In this document: positions 34,862-44,749 of the stretch, one piece after another | Layout: each line of letters opens with the position of its first letter | Position numbering within the stretch: position 1 is the stretch's first letter | Made by a program: the position numbers and the translations under genes | DNA from: an uncultured Gammaproteobacteria bacterium | GTDB lineage: Bacteria > Patescibacteriota > Microgenomatia > Levybacterales > GWA1-39-11 | Assembly (NCBI GenBank): GCA_964511965.1 | Contig: CAZEGF010000006.1 | Span: 18,015-82,014 of the forward strand | DNA length: 64,000 nt | Direction of reading: 5' to 3' | Notes under the pieces: generated by a model | Seen by the model: only the letters and a program-made list of their open reading frames with translations | What the model was told of the DNA's origin: nothing | The model's database searches: none

Positions 34862-36535
34862 ATGGATACTCAAAATACAAATAACTCTCTCACTCTCATT
34901 CCCCTTGGTGGAATTGGAAGCGTTACCAAAAACATGTATTTATACATATACGGTAATGACATCTTGATTGTTGACTGTGGGATGGGATTTCCGGATGCAT
35001 CAACCCCTGGAGTAGATTTTTTGATCCCTGATATTACCCATCTTAAAAAATTGGTAGCAGGTGGCAAAAGAATTGTAGGACTACTTCTTACCCATGGACA
35101 CGAGGATCACATTGGAGGAGTACCATTTGTTCTTGATCAACTTCCATCATTTCCTATCTATGCAACACCACTTACGGCTGCATTTACCAATGAAAAGCTG
35201 AAAGATTTTGGACTAAATCAACGCGTTGTTGAGGTCAAATTTAAAAAAGACTTTAACCTTGGTGCTTTTACCGTTCGCTTTTTACACATTACCCATTCGG
35301 TTATGGATACATCAAATATTTTTATCAAAAGCCCTATTGGGAATTTCTATCATGGGTCAGACTACAAGTTCGACTTAACTCCTCCGGATGACAAACCATC
35401 TGACATGCATGGGATTGCAGCAACTGCAAGTGAAGGAGTTCTTTGCATGTTGTCAGATTGTCTTGGTGCAGAGCGGGAGGGGCATAGTAAATCTGAGCGC
35501 AAAATCAGTGATAGTTTTGAATCAGAATTCAGACGCACGAAAGGAAGGGTATTTGTAAGTACTTATTCATCAAATATATCTCGTATGAATCAAGCGATTG
35601 AGGCGGCTATGAAATTTAACCGCAAAGTCTGCTTTATTGGCCGTTCATTTATCAAAGCACGGGATATTGGAAGACAATTAGGATACATGAAATTGCCTCA
35701 AAATATGGAGATAAAACCACAACAAGTAATGAGTATGGATCCATCAAAAGTTATGATTTTGATCCCCGGATCTCAAGCTCAAGAAGAATCGGCACTGGTC
35801 AGGGTTGCAAATGACAATGACAAAGCGCTTCGGATAGATAAAAACGACACGGTTATTTTTTCTGCAGATCCAATTCCTGGAAATGAAGTTAATATTTATA
35901 AGCTAATTGACACTATTGTTAAAAGAGGAGCCAGAGTAATTCACAGTGACATGACTGATGAATTCCATGTGTCAGGACACGGGTCGCAAAATGATATTAA
36001 ACTTTTGGCAACTCTGACACAGCCTCGGTTTGCTTTCCCGATAGGTGGGAATTTCAGACACATGAGTGCATTTAAGAGAATTATGGGAGATCTTGGTATG
36101 CGCGAACAAGATATTATACTTCCGGAGTATGGACAGGAAGTAATCTTTAATAAAATAAGCTACCGGTATGGAGCAAAGGTGCCTTTGGCAACTGTGTATG
36201 TAGACCAGATTACGGGTGAGGAAATGGAGAAATTTATTTTGATGGACCGTCAGAAAATTAGTGAGGAGGGGATCATGATTGTTATCGTTGAAATAGAGGG
36301 GGAGACTGGAAAAGTAGTCTCTACACCTGACATAATTGCCCGTGGGTTTGTTTTCCCTGAAAAAGAAGGTTTTGCTAAAAAGCTCAATGAAGAATTACTC
36401 GTTGAATTGGGACAAAAAACTCCAAAGAGCAACAATATGGGAACTTACAGAAAGATCATTCAAAGAACGAGTGAAAACCTTCTGTATAGAATGAAGCGTG
36501 AACCTCTCGTCATCCCCGTCGTGATTGAAGTTTAA
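34862..36535 (+). CDS. rnj: ribonuclease J
   Basis: Metallo-beta-lactamase HGHEDHIGG motif, followed by beta-CASP and a C-terminal domain. 557 aa. Confidence 0.9.
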   Translation: MDTQNTNNSLTLIPLGGIGSVTKNMYLYIYGNDILIVDCGMGFPDASTPGVDFLIPDITHLKKLVAGGKRIVGLLLTHGHEDHIGGVPFVLDQLPSFPIYATPLTAAFTNEKLKDFGLNQRVVEVKFKKDFNLGAFTVRFLHITHSVMDTSNIFIKSPIGNFYHGSDYKFDLTPPDDKPSDMHGIAATASEGVLCMLSDCLGAEREGHSKSERKISDSFESEFRRTKGRVFVSTYSSNISRMNQAIEAAMKFNRKVCFIGRSFIKARDIGRQLGYMKLPQNMEIKPQQVMSMDPSKVMILIPGSQAQEESALVRVANDNDKALRIDKNDTVIFSADPIPGNEVNIYKLIDTIVKRGARVIHSDMTDEFHVSGHGSQNDIKLLATLTQPRFAFPIGGNFRHMSAFKRIMGDLGMREQDIILPEYGQEVIFNKISYRYGAKVPLATVYVDQITGEEMEKFILMDRQKISEEGIMIVIVEIEGETGKVVSTPDIIARGFVFPEKEGFAKKLNEELLVELGQKTPKSNNMGTYRKIIQRTSENLLYRMKREPLVIPVVIEV

Positions 36536-36556
36536 ATTTTTAGGTTTACAATTAAG

Positions 36557-38269
36557 TTGATAAATTCTAATCTTATGGCGGGTGCAGAAAATAGCGGCAA
36601 TTTAGAAAACGAGAGAAAATTTTTGCTCAGTGGTATGCCTCAACAAGCAGAAGGAGCTCCTTCTGTAGAAATTACCCAAGGTTATCTAGTTATAGAACCA
36701 GACCGAGAAGTTAGAGTCAGACAAGAGGGAGATAGATTTACTTTATGTAGAAAAACAGGTGAAGGTCGTATCAGAGGTGAGGATGAGTATGAAATCTCAC
36801 TGGAAGTTTTTAATATTTTATGGGGAGAAATAATTGGAAAACCAATCGAAAAAACAAGATTTACAGTACTTGAAGCCGGTACTGAAATGACGGTAGACAA
36901 ATATCGAGGAGAGCTTGAGGGTCTCATCGTTGCAGAGGCAGAATTCCCTGACGAAGAAAGTGCAAATAAGTTTGAAAAACCATCCTGGGTGGATGAAGAA
37001 GTCACTGGCGTCAAACGGTATAGCAATAAAAACTTAGCTCTTCATGGTTTGGATAAGTCAGAATCACAAAATACCGAAAATTCCCCCGAAAAAATTGAGA
37101 TTTCAGATGAAATGCTTGAAAGGTTTGTTAGCAAAGTAAAATCCCTTGTTGATGAAACCCACGACCGGTCGGTTAGAGTAGGGGTGGGAGGAAGAACAAG
37201 CGCCGGTAAAACAACTGCAGCAATTGGCAGATTGTTGTCTGAATTTCCAGATATGGTAACGGTTATATCTACTGACGATTTTGCAAAAGGATCTGAATAT
37301 TTGAAAGAGCAACTAGAAAAAGGGCGGAAATTAAATTATGACCACCCTGATTACTACGACACCCCCTATGCAAGACGGGTGATTGATACACTATCTGAGG
37401 GTGAGCCAGCTCTAAAGCCGGTATTTAATTTTAAAAAAGGTGAAGGCGAACCGGATGGTGAAGAAATGGTTGATTCTAAAAAAATAATTGTTGTTGAGGG
37501 GTTATATGCATTAAGTCCGGATCTTTTGGATATTTATGACACAACCGCCTTTGTTGATATCAGTATGCATGGAAGCATCATAAGACGTCTTATGCGTGAT
37601 GTGAAGAGAACCAATATGACTCCGGCACAAATTCTTCGCTACTATGTTGATTATGTTGAGCCAATGTATCAGGAATTTATTCTTCCAACAAAAGAAAAGA
37701 CTGAATTTGTTATTCAAAATGAATACGATCCGGCAGTTGAATCTGGGAGAAGTAATGCACGTGATGCTCAGGTGAAATTTATAGGTGATGTAGTTGATTC
37801 AGAACTTATTAAAAGTGGGAGTCAATATTTGGGAGAATTCGACCAGACGGACGAATATTTTTTCTTTGATAAAAATACAATAGACAGTCAAGAATATCTT
37901 AGGATCCGAAAAGATGGGATTAGACGGGTTCTTACTTACAAAGGACCACCTAACAGAGATGATCCTTACAATAACCGCGCAAGGATGGAGTTTGAGATCT
38001 CAGAAGAAGATGAGAAGTCTCTAAAATCAGGCGTTACACCAGATGTTGCTATCTATAAGAGAAGGAAAATGTATTTATTGGATGGTGCAGTTGTTATGAG
38101 AGATACTGTTAAAAGTGAACGGGATGGAGTGGCAAGAGATCTGGGAAATTTTGTCGAGATCCATCTGTCAGGAGACACATCATCAGACCCTGATACTCTT
38201 GAAAAAGTTTGTAATAAATTGAAATTGGATCCAGAAAATATCTCCAACACCTCATACAGTAGAATGTAG
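36557..38269 (+). CDS. CYTH - uridine-kinase/PRK-like P-loop - CYTH fusion protein
   Basis: N-terminal CYTH (ERKFLL...EYEI), central Walker A GVGGRTSAGKTT with PRK-family features, and a second CYTH-like C-terminal domain. Confidence 0.6.
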   Translation: MINSNLMAGAENSGNLENERKFLLSGMPQQAEGAPSVEITQGYLVIEPDREVRVRQEGDRFTLCRKTGEGRIRGEDEYEISLEVFNILWGEIIGKPIEKTRFTVLEAGTEMTVDKYRGELEGLIVAEAEFPDEESANKFEKPSWVDEEVTGVKRYSNKNLALHGLDKSESQNTENSPEKIEISDEMLERFVSKVKSLVDETHDRSVRVGVGGRTSAGKTTAAIGRLLSEFPDMVTVISTDDFAKGSEYLKEQLEKGRKLNYDHPDYYDTPYARRVIDTLSEGEPALKPVFNFKKGEGEPDGEEMVDSKKIIVVEGLYALSPDLLDIYDTTAFVDISMHGSIIRRLMRDVKRTNMTPAQILRYYVDYVEPMYQEFILPTKEKTEFVIQNEYDPAVESGRSNARDAQVKFIGDVVDSELIKSGSQYLGEFDQTDEYFFFDKNTIDSQEYLRIRKDGIRRVLTYKGPPNRDDPYNNRARMEFEISEEDEKSLKSGVTPDVAIYKRRKMYLLDGAVVMRDTVKSERDGVARDLGNFVEIHLSGDTSSDPDTLEKVCNKLKLDPENISNTSYSRM

Positions 38270-38282
38270 TTGGAACTCCAAT

Positions 38283-38678
38283 TTATACGAGGTTACATAT
38301 TTTCTCTTTGATTTCATTTCTAATTTCTCTGAAGGTTTCAAGAGAACTATCAAAAGGATCTTTTATTGGTAATAATTTTATTTTTGGACTGTTTTTTAAG
38401 AAATCCGGTATGGATTCTTCAGGAGCCAATATATAGATTTCATCTGCTTCATCAACCATTTCTTTAGTTACGTATTTAACTTTATGATTTGAAACATCAA
38501 TCCCATCCTCTTTCATAACGTCAATTACTGCTTGAATAGGTTTTTTGTATTTCTCTGGGGTGTGATTTTGCAGTCCCGCACTCGTTGCATTGGAAGATTT
38601 AGTAAAGAAATTATAATAAGCTTCTGCCATTTGGCTTCTTGCAACATTTCCTGCACACACAAATAATACTTTTTTCAT
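38283..38678 (-). CDS. low-molecular-weight protein-tyrosine phosphatase / ArsC-family arsenate reductase
   Basis: P-loop VLFVCAGNVARSQMAEA (CX5R). Start placed at MKKVLF. Confidence 0.8.
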   Translation of the reverse strand: MKKVLFVCAGNVARSQMAEAYYNFFTKSSNATSAGLQNHTPEKYKKPIQAVIDVMKEDGIDVSNHKVKYVTKEMVDEADEIYILAPEESIPDFLKNSPKIKLLPIKDPFDSSLETFREIRNEIKEKICNLV

Positions 38679-38743
38679 CTTCAAAATTATAACAAACCTT
38701 CTTGTTTCAAAACTCCCTAATACGGTACAATAAAGTACTGCCC

Positions 38744-40447
38744 ATGAATAACGATCGTCCCCCAATTAATTGTGCTTACTTCTCCATGGAATTCATGTTG
38801 GAATCGGATATTCCTACATATGCAGGGGGACTTGGAGTTCTTGCCGGGGATCTGATGCGTTCTTGCGCTGACATGGGTGAGCCGGTTGTTGGGATGTCCC
38901 TCGTTTATAACGATAGTACTTATAAGCAAGTTATAAATCCTTCCGGTACTCAAAATTACGAACAGCTCGTCTGGCATAAAAATGATCAACTGACAAAATT
39001 ATCAAATAGAGTTGAAGTAACAATTCAAGGCCAGAAAGTCATTGTTGGCGTGTGGCGGTATGACATTGTTGGTATCGATGGTTATGTAGTGCCAGTCTTT
39101 CTTCTTGATACTGATTTTATCGACAATTCTGAGTATGCACGAAGCCTTACACAGAACCTTTATGAAGGGGGAGTTAGGCTTGATCAAGAAGTTTTGTTAG
39201 GCATGGCAGGCGTAAAAATGCTTCGGTCTCTTGGATATAACGACATCAAGACTTTCCATATGAATGAAGGACACGCTTCATTTGTTCCACTTGGGTTACT
39301 TGCTGAGAAAGGATTTAAGGATGAGGAAGTCAAAAAGCTCTGTGTATTTACAACACATACTCCAATTCCTGAAGGGCATGATAAATTTGATTACGATTAT
39401 GCCCATAAAGTTGCAGGAGATAATTTGCCATGGCATATACAAAAACTAGCCAGTGAAAAAGAGCTTCATATGACGATTCTTGGGATGAGTATGAGCAAAT
39501 ATATTTTTGGAGTTAGTCAAAAGCATGGACGAGTAAGTCAGAATATGTTCCCTCAATTTCATATCGGGGCTATAACAAATGGTGTGCATCACAGGACGTG
39601 GATAGGTACAGAACTTGCAAATCTTTATGATAAATTTTTACCTGAATGGGTACGATACCCTCGAGTATTTAAGAATGCTATTGAAAAAATTCCGGATGAA
39701 GAGTTGTGGAGAGCACACCAGGAAGAAAAAAGAAGACTTTTAGATCATGTTAATAACCATCTGACCTCTGTTTCAAATGAGCAAGAGCGTATAAATCCAC
39801 CAGAACCAGAGCAATTTGATATCGATACATTAACTATTTCACTTGCCAGAAGACTCGTACCATATAAAAGACCACTGCTTTTATATTCTGATTTTAATAG
39901 ACTTCTTGAGATAGGTGATGGTAAATTGCAAATCATCCAATGTGGTAAAGCAGCACCTGGGGACGAGGGAGCAAAGAGTTTTGTAAGGCAGATAATTGAT
40001 ATCTCAAAGCAATTAAAAGGACGCATAAAAGTTGTTTATTTGGAAAATTATTCACCACTTTTGGCCCGCCAACTCGTCCGTGGGTCAGATGTTTGGCTCA
40101 ATACTCCACGCCGTCCACTGGAGGCATCCGGAACATCAGGTATGAAAGCTGCCATGAATGGGGTGCTTAATTTTTCTGTTCTTGATGGATGGTGGATAGA
40201 GGGATATCAGATAGATAGTGAGTCAGGATTTTCGATAGGTCCAAATGATGAAAGTCTGACACCGGAAAACAATGACCAGCAGGATATTGATGATATGTAT
40301 AATAAGCTCCAAAACGAGATTATCCCTCTTTATTACAATAATAGGAAAGATTGGATCAATCGCATGAAACATGCAATAACTTTGGGTGGATACTTTAACA
40401 CCCACCGCTGCATCTCCGAATACAAAGAAAAAGCCTGGCAAGTATAG
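38744..40447 (+). CDS. alpha-glucan (glycogen/maltodextrin) phosphorylase, GT35 family
   Basis: PLP-site signature EASGTSGMKAAMNG. Start at MNNDRPP is preferred over 38702, which overlaps the convergent upstream gene. Confidence 0.85.
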   Translation: MNNDRPPINCAYFSMEFMLESDIPTYAGGLGVLAGDLMRSCADMGEPVVGMSLVYNDSTYKQVINPSGTQNYEQLVWHKNDQLTKLSNRVEVTIQGQKVIVGVWRYDIVGIDGYVVPVFLLDTDFIDNSEYARSLTQNLYEGGVRLDQEVLLGMAGVKMLRSLGYNDIKTFHMNEGHASFVPLGLLAEKGFKDEEVKKLCVFTTHTPIPEGHDKFDYDYAHKVAGDNLPWHIQKLASEKELHMTILGMSMSKYIFGVSQKHGRVSQNMFPQFHIGAITNGVHHRTWIGTELANLYDKFLPEWVRYPRVFKNAIEKIPDEELWRAHQEEKRRLLDHVNNHLTSVSNEQERINPPEPEQFDIDTLTISLARRLVPYKRPLLLYSDFNRLLEIGDGKLQIIQCGKAAPGDEGAKSFVRQIIDISKQLKGRIKVVYLENYSPLLARQLVRGSDVWLNTPRRPLEASGTSGMKAAMNGVLNFSVLDGWWIEGYQIDSESGFSIGPNDESLTPENNDQQDIDDMYNKLQNEIIPLYYNNRKDWINRMKHAITLGGYFNTHRCISEYKEKAWQV

Positions 40448-40448
40448 T

Positions 40449-41144
40449 TTAGGTGTAGTAATAATCAACAATTCCTTTTGCTAGGATTTCATCAGAATTA
40501 AGAGTTCTATCTCCCAAAGCCTCATAATTTACAGCAAGTGGCAGCTCTGTGCAGCCCAATATGATTGCCTCAGCACCTTTTGAAAACATATCATTCAAAA
40601 CTCCAATATACTCATTTTTAGTTTGGCTGCTTTGAGTCCCTGCAATAACATTTCTTATCAATGTTTCTACCACTTTCAATTGTTCCTCCGTTGGCAAAAC
40701 GGTTTCAATAGATTTTTCTTTTAAAACCTTTTGATAGATCCCAGACCCAACAAGGACAGGAGTTCCAAGAAGTCCAACTTTTTTAAATCCGCGATTTACA
40801 CATTCATCAGCTACTAATTCGATCATAGAAATAAAAGGCACATCTGTTTGTGATCTTAGTTTTTCAAGCAAGATATGAACTGTGTTGCTTCCAATACATA
40901 ACCTTGTTGCCCCAGCAGATGACAGAGTTCTTGCTGACTCGATAAGCATTTGTTCTGCTGATTCAATATTATCTTTGTTGGAAATAAAATCTGGAACCGG
41001 TACAGAGTCAATTAAAATCCGGGGAAAATCAGAATTATTTTTAGCACTATATTTGCTCTGTGCAAACTCAATTATTTTTTCATAGATAAAGTCAGTTGAT
41101 TGCGGACCAACTCCGCCAATAATACCTATTTTCTTTGTATTCAT
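40449..41144 (-). CDS. aspartate/glutamate racemase family protein
   Basis: KKIGIIGGVGPQST N-terminal motif and a second-half Cys motif (GCTELP). Confidence 0.8.
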   Translation of the reverse strand: MNTKKIGIIGGVGPQSTDFIYEKIIEFAQSKYSAKNNSDFPRILIDSVPVPDFISNKDNIESAEQMLIESARTLSSAGATRLCIGSNTVHILLEKLRSQTDVPFISMIELVADECVNRGFKKVGLLGTPVLVGSGIYQKVLKEKSIETVLPTEEQLKVVETLIRNVIAGTQSSQTKNEYIGVLNDMFSKGAEAIILGCTELPLAVNYEALGDRTLNSDEILAKGIVDYYYT

Positions 41145-41240
41145 ATGTGAAGTATAGCAAAATGTTTTATAACTGGTGAGCTTGATAAATATGCCCATTT
41201 TCTCTATTATGTTAATACTCTGAAAAGGAGTGTCACGCCC

Positions 41241-43415
41241 ATGCCAAAAAGAAAAAAGAGAAAACCCTACAAAAGAAGAAGTAAAGGACTCCAGCTCAAA
41301 AAAGGAACAGTATACACACTATCTGCAGTAGGGCTTGTCTTTGCGGCACTAGCATCAGCCGCTTCATACACGAGAAATGGTTCTGCTTTGATTCAGATCA
41401 ATGATTACTTGATAAATTTCTTCGGATTTTTTTCATTTTTAATTCCTATTATTTGTGTTCTTGTAGCCTTATTTATATTGCAAATGAAAAATAGTCTCTC
41501 CCGTCCAAATATTTCAATTGGTTTTATTGTATTTACTATTTCAATTCTCGGTTTATTCCAAAGTGGAATGGTAGGACACGATCTCTATTTCTACACAAAC
41601 AATATTATTGGTCCTATTCTTACCATGACCCTTTTTGCACTCGGTGCATTTATTGGATTTGTGGTTTGTATGAATTTGTCATTTACAGAGATTGGAATGT
41701 TTCTTTTCTCCTCTGTTAAAAATGCAGGGGTTGGTGTTGGAAAAGGAGTAACTCCATTACTAAAAACTAAAGATAAATTTGCGACCGATATGGCTCCCAT
41801 GACAATTAAAGGTCTTGGTGATGATGATCTTAAAATATCTGAGGCAAAGGTTGAAAAAGTTGCAGCTCCCGCCAAATCAGCAGCTCCAATCCCGATGCCT
41901 ACAAAGAAAGGTGTCCTACCAGAAGAAATGATATTAAATAAACCACTCGAGATGGGTATGTGGGAATACCCTCCGTTCTCGCTTCTTGCAGAGAATAAGG
42001 ATAAGAAACGTGATACCGGAGATGTTAAAAGAATTGCGGGAACAATTGAGCGCACTCTTCAAAGCTTTGGTGTTAAGGCTCAGGTTGCAGAAATTAATGT
42101 AGGTCCATCAGTTACCCAGTATGCAATTAGAATTCCTGAAGGAACCAAACTTACAAAAATAACAACACTTGCAAATGATTTGGCCCTTGCAACCGAGGCT
42201 CCGGGTGGGCAAATCAGAATTGAAGCACCAATTCCCGGTAGAAGTCTTGTTGGAATTGAAATACCAAATAAATCTTTGGAATTTGTATCGCTTCGCACAA
42301 TGCTTGAGAGCAAGAAAATGCAGGAATCCAAGTCAAAATTGGCTGTTCCATTGGGACTTAATGTTTCGGGTGAGGTAGTAGTTGCCGATATTGCAAAGAT
42401 GCCACATACCTTGATAGCCGGTACCACCGGTTCCGGAAAATCTGTCATGGTAAATGCATTTATTGCTTCAATACTATTTCGAGCATCTCCTTCTGAAGTT
42501 AAATTTATTATGATTGACCCTAAAAGGGTTGAGTTGACCGGATACAACGACATCCCACACTTACTGTCCCCAGTTATTGTGGAAGCAGACCAGTCGGTTA
42601 GTGCTTTGAAATGGGCTTTAAAAGAAATGGATAAGCGTTACACGAAATTTGCTGAAGCCGGAGTAAAAAATATTGATAGCTACAATGAACTTGCTGGATT
42701 TCAGGCAATTCCTTATATCGTTATTGTCATGGACGAGTTAGCTGACCTTATGGCGCTTGCTCCGGTTGAGGTTGAGGATAGTATTGCTCGTCTTGCTCAA
42801 ATGGCCCGTGCTACCGGAATTCATTTAGTTCTTGCTACACAAAGACCTTCGGTTGATGTCATAACCGGACTTATCAAAGCAAATATTCCTTGTCGTATCG
42901 CCTTTAACGTTTCATCAGGAATTGACTCAAAAGTTGTTATTGATTCTCCTGGCGCCGAAAAGTTATTAGGAAAAGGAGACATGCTTTTTGTCCCTCCAGA
43001 CCAGGCGCGGCCAACACGCATTCAGGGAACATTTGTATCAGATCAAGATGTAAAGCGTCTTGTTAACTTTATAAAGTCTAAAGGAATTCCTGTAGAATAC
43101 ACCTCAGAAGTTATTGAGCAAGCCGTTAACATAAAGGGCCGTGGGGGTAGTCTTTCAACCGTTAATGCAGGTGGGGACGGGCGAGATGAATTATTTGAAC
43201 AAACAGTCAGAATGATTAGTCAGCACGATAGAGCGTCAGCTTCACTTATTCAAAGACGATTACAAGTTGGTTTTAATCGTGCAGCCCGTCTTTTGGAACA
43301 ATTAGAAGAAGCAGGCGTTGTGGGTCCTGCTGATGGGTCAAAGCCCCGCGATGTATTAGTACGAAATGCTGATGAGTTCCTCAACGGCCCACAACAGGAA
43401 GAGTTTAGTAGTTAG
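41241..43415 (+). CDS. ftsK: DNA translocase FtsK/SpoIIIE
   Basis: N-terminal 4 TM helices, a linker, Walker A GTTGSGKS, and a gamma wHTH domain (LIQRRLQVGFNRAARLLEQLE). Confidence 0.9.
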   Translation: MPKRKKRKPYKRRSKGLQLKKGTVYTLSAVGLVFAALASAASYTRNGSALIQINDYLINFFGFFSFLIPIICVLVALFILQMKNSLSRPNISIGFIVFTISILGLFQSGMVGHDLYFYTNNIIGPILTMTLFALGAFIGFVVCMNLSFTEIGMFLFSSVKNAGVGVGKGVTPLLKTKDKFATDMAPMTIKGLGDDDLKISEAKVEKVAAPAKSAAPIPMPTKKGVLPEEMILNKPLEMGMWEYPPFSLLAENKDKKRDTGDVKRIAGTIERTLQSFGVKAQVAEINVGPSVTQYAIRIPEGTKLTKITTLANDLALATEAPGGQIRIEAPIPGRSLVGIEIPNKSLEFVSLRTMLESKKMQESKSKLAVPLGLNVSGEVVVADIAKMPHTLIAGTTGSGKSVMVNAFIASILFRASPSEVKFIMIDPKRVELTGYNDIPHLLSPVIVEADQSVSALKWALKEMDKRYTKFAEAGVKNIDSYNELAGFQAIPYIVIVMDELADLMALAPVEVEDSIARLAQMARATGIHLVLATQRPSVDVITGLIKANIPCRIAFNVSSGIDSKVVIDSPGAEKLLGKGDMLFVPPDQARPTRIQGTFVSDQDVKRLVNFIKSKGIPVEYTSEVIEQAVNIKGRGGSLSTVNAGGDGRDELFEQTVRMISQHDRASASLIQRRLQVGFNRAARLLEQLEEAGVVGPADGSKPRDVLVRNADEFLNGPQQEEFSS

Positions 43416-43445
43416 AAGCTATTAGCCAGAAGCAAACTAATAATT

Positions 43446-44072
43446 ATGAGAAAGATTTCTGAGATTCTTTCCGATGCCCGAATTGAAAAAGGTTATTCCT
43501 TGGAGCATGTAGTAAAAGCTACAAAAATCCGCAAAGAATTTCTTATAGCAATTGAAGAAGGGAGATATTTTGATCTTCCATCTGAGAGTTATGCATTGGG
43601 TTTTATAAAAAACTATGCTGTTTTTGTTGGGGTTGATAAAAATAAAGCCGCGGCACTTTTTAGGAGAGAGTATGAAGGTGGGCATAGCAAGGTTTTACCT
43701 ACTTTCAAAAGTAAAGACAGAAAATTAACGAGAAAAATATTTTTAACTCCAAGAAATCTTATTATTTCTCTTGTTGTAATAGTCATATTTGGATACATTG
43801 CTTTTCAGTACGGGTCATTTTTCCTGGGACCTCGTCTGGAAGTACTAACCCCAAAAGACCACTCTTTGGTTCGGAACAATATTGTTGAGGTGAGTGGCAA
43901 AACAGACCCTTATGCCACAGTTTTGATCAACAATGAGGAGTCATATGTTCAACTTGACGGTACTTTCAAAAAAACCCTCTACCTTTTTGAAGGTCAACGC
44001 CAAATAACTATCGATTCAAAAAACAGGAACGGTAAAAATACCAGAAAAGTCCTTCAAGTTATTGTACGCTAG
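43446..44072 (+). CDS. RodZ-like HTH membrane protein
   Basis: N-terminal Xre-type HTH, a TM (ISLVVIVIFGYIAF) and a C-terminal DUF4115-like beta domain. Confidence 0.6.
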   Translation: MRKISEILSDARIEKGYSLEHVVKATKIRKEFLIAIEEGRYFDLPSESYALGFIKNYAVFVGVDKNKAAALFRREYEGGHSKVLPTFKSKDRKLTRKIFLTPRNLIISLVVIVIFGYIAFQYGSFFLGPRLEVLTPKDHSLVRNNIVEVSGKTDPYATVLINNEESYVQLDGTFKKTLYLFEGQRQITIDSKNRNGKNTRKVLQVIVR

Positions 44073-44172
44073 TACGGAATCTATATAGTTTGTACCTACT
44101 TTGAGATATTGATTTAAAAATTTTCACATGATAGGCTGAAGACCACCGATGTAAAGTATACGTCGGCAAGCT

Positions 44173-44454
44173 TTGCTTATGATAGATACTGTCCAGGCTG
44201 TTCTACTATTTGTTATCGTGCTTTTGACTATTCTTTTTGTAGTTTTGGGCATTCAAGTTTTTTATATATTAAAAGACCTTCGAGTTACTCTTAAAAGAAC
44301 AAATAACATCCTTGAGAATGCTGAAAAAGTCTCCGATGGAGTAAGCAATTCAATTGAATCGGTTCAAAATATGTTTGGTGGTGCTTCAACCATTGGATCT
44401 ATAGCCGGACTTTTATCAATGTTCCGGCGTAAATCAAAGGAGAAAGAATCGTAA
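44173..44454 (+). CDS. DUF948-family small membrane protein
   Basis: N-terminal TM followed by a helical LKDLRVTLKRTNNILE segment. Paired with the YtxH-like gene, as in ytxG/ytxH arrangements. Confidence 0.45.
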   Translation: MLMIDTVQAVLLFVIVLLTILFVVLGIQVFYILKDLRVTLKRTNNILENAEKVSDGVSNSIESVQNMFGGASTIGSIAGLLSMFRRKSKEKES

Positions 44455-44455
44455 T

Positions 44456-44749
44456 ATGCAAGAGAAACATGGACCTAGCGGACTTCTGGTTGGGCTTATA
44501 ATAGGCGCTGCAGTCGGTGCTTTGGTTAGTACAAAAAAAGGCCGAAAAATTCTCAAAGATGTAATTGACTACGGTATCGAATACGTTGGAAACACCGTTG
44601 ACATGGAGGATATTGAAACAATCCTTAACGATGATGAAGAAGAAATGATGGGTGGAGAAGTAGAAGCTGAAGGAAAAGTGGAAAAAGAGACAGAACCAGA
44701 AGAACCCTCCCGCCGCAAGAGACTATTTAGAGGAATTAAGAGGAAATAG
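44456..44749 (+). CDS. YtxH-like small protein
   Basis: GLLVGLIIGAAVGALVSTKKGRK motif, then an acidic tail. Confidence 0.45.
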   Translation: MQEKHGPSGLLVGLIIGAAVGALVSTKKGRKILKDVIDYGIEYVGNTVDMEDIETILNDDEEEMMGGEVEAEGKVEKETEPEEPSRRKRLFRGIKRK

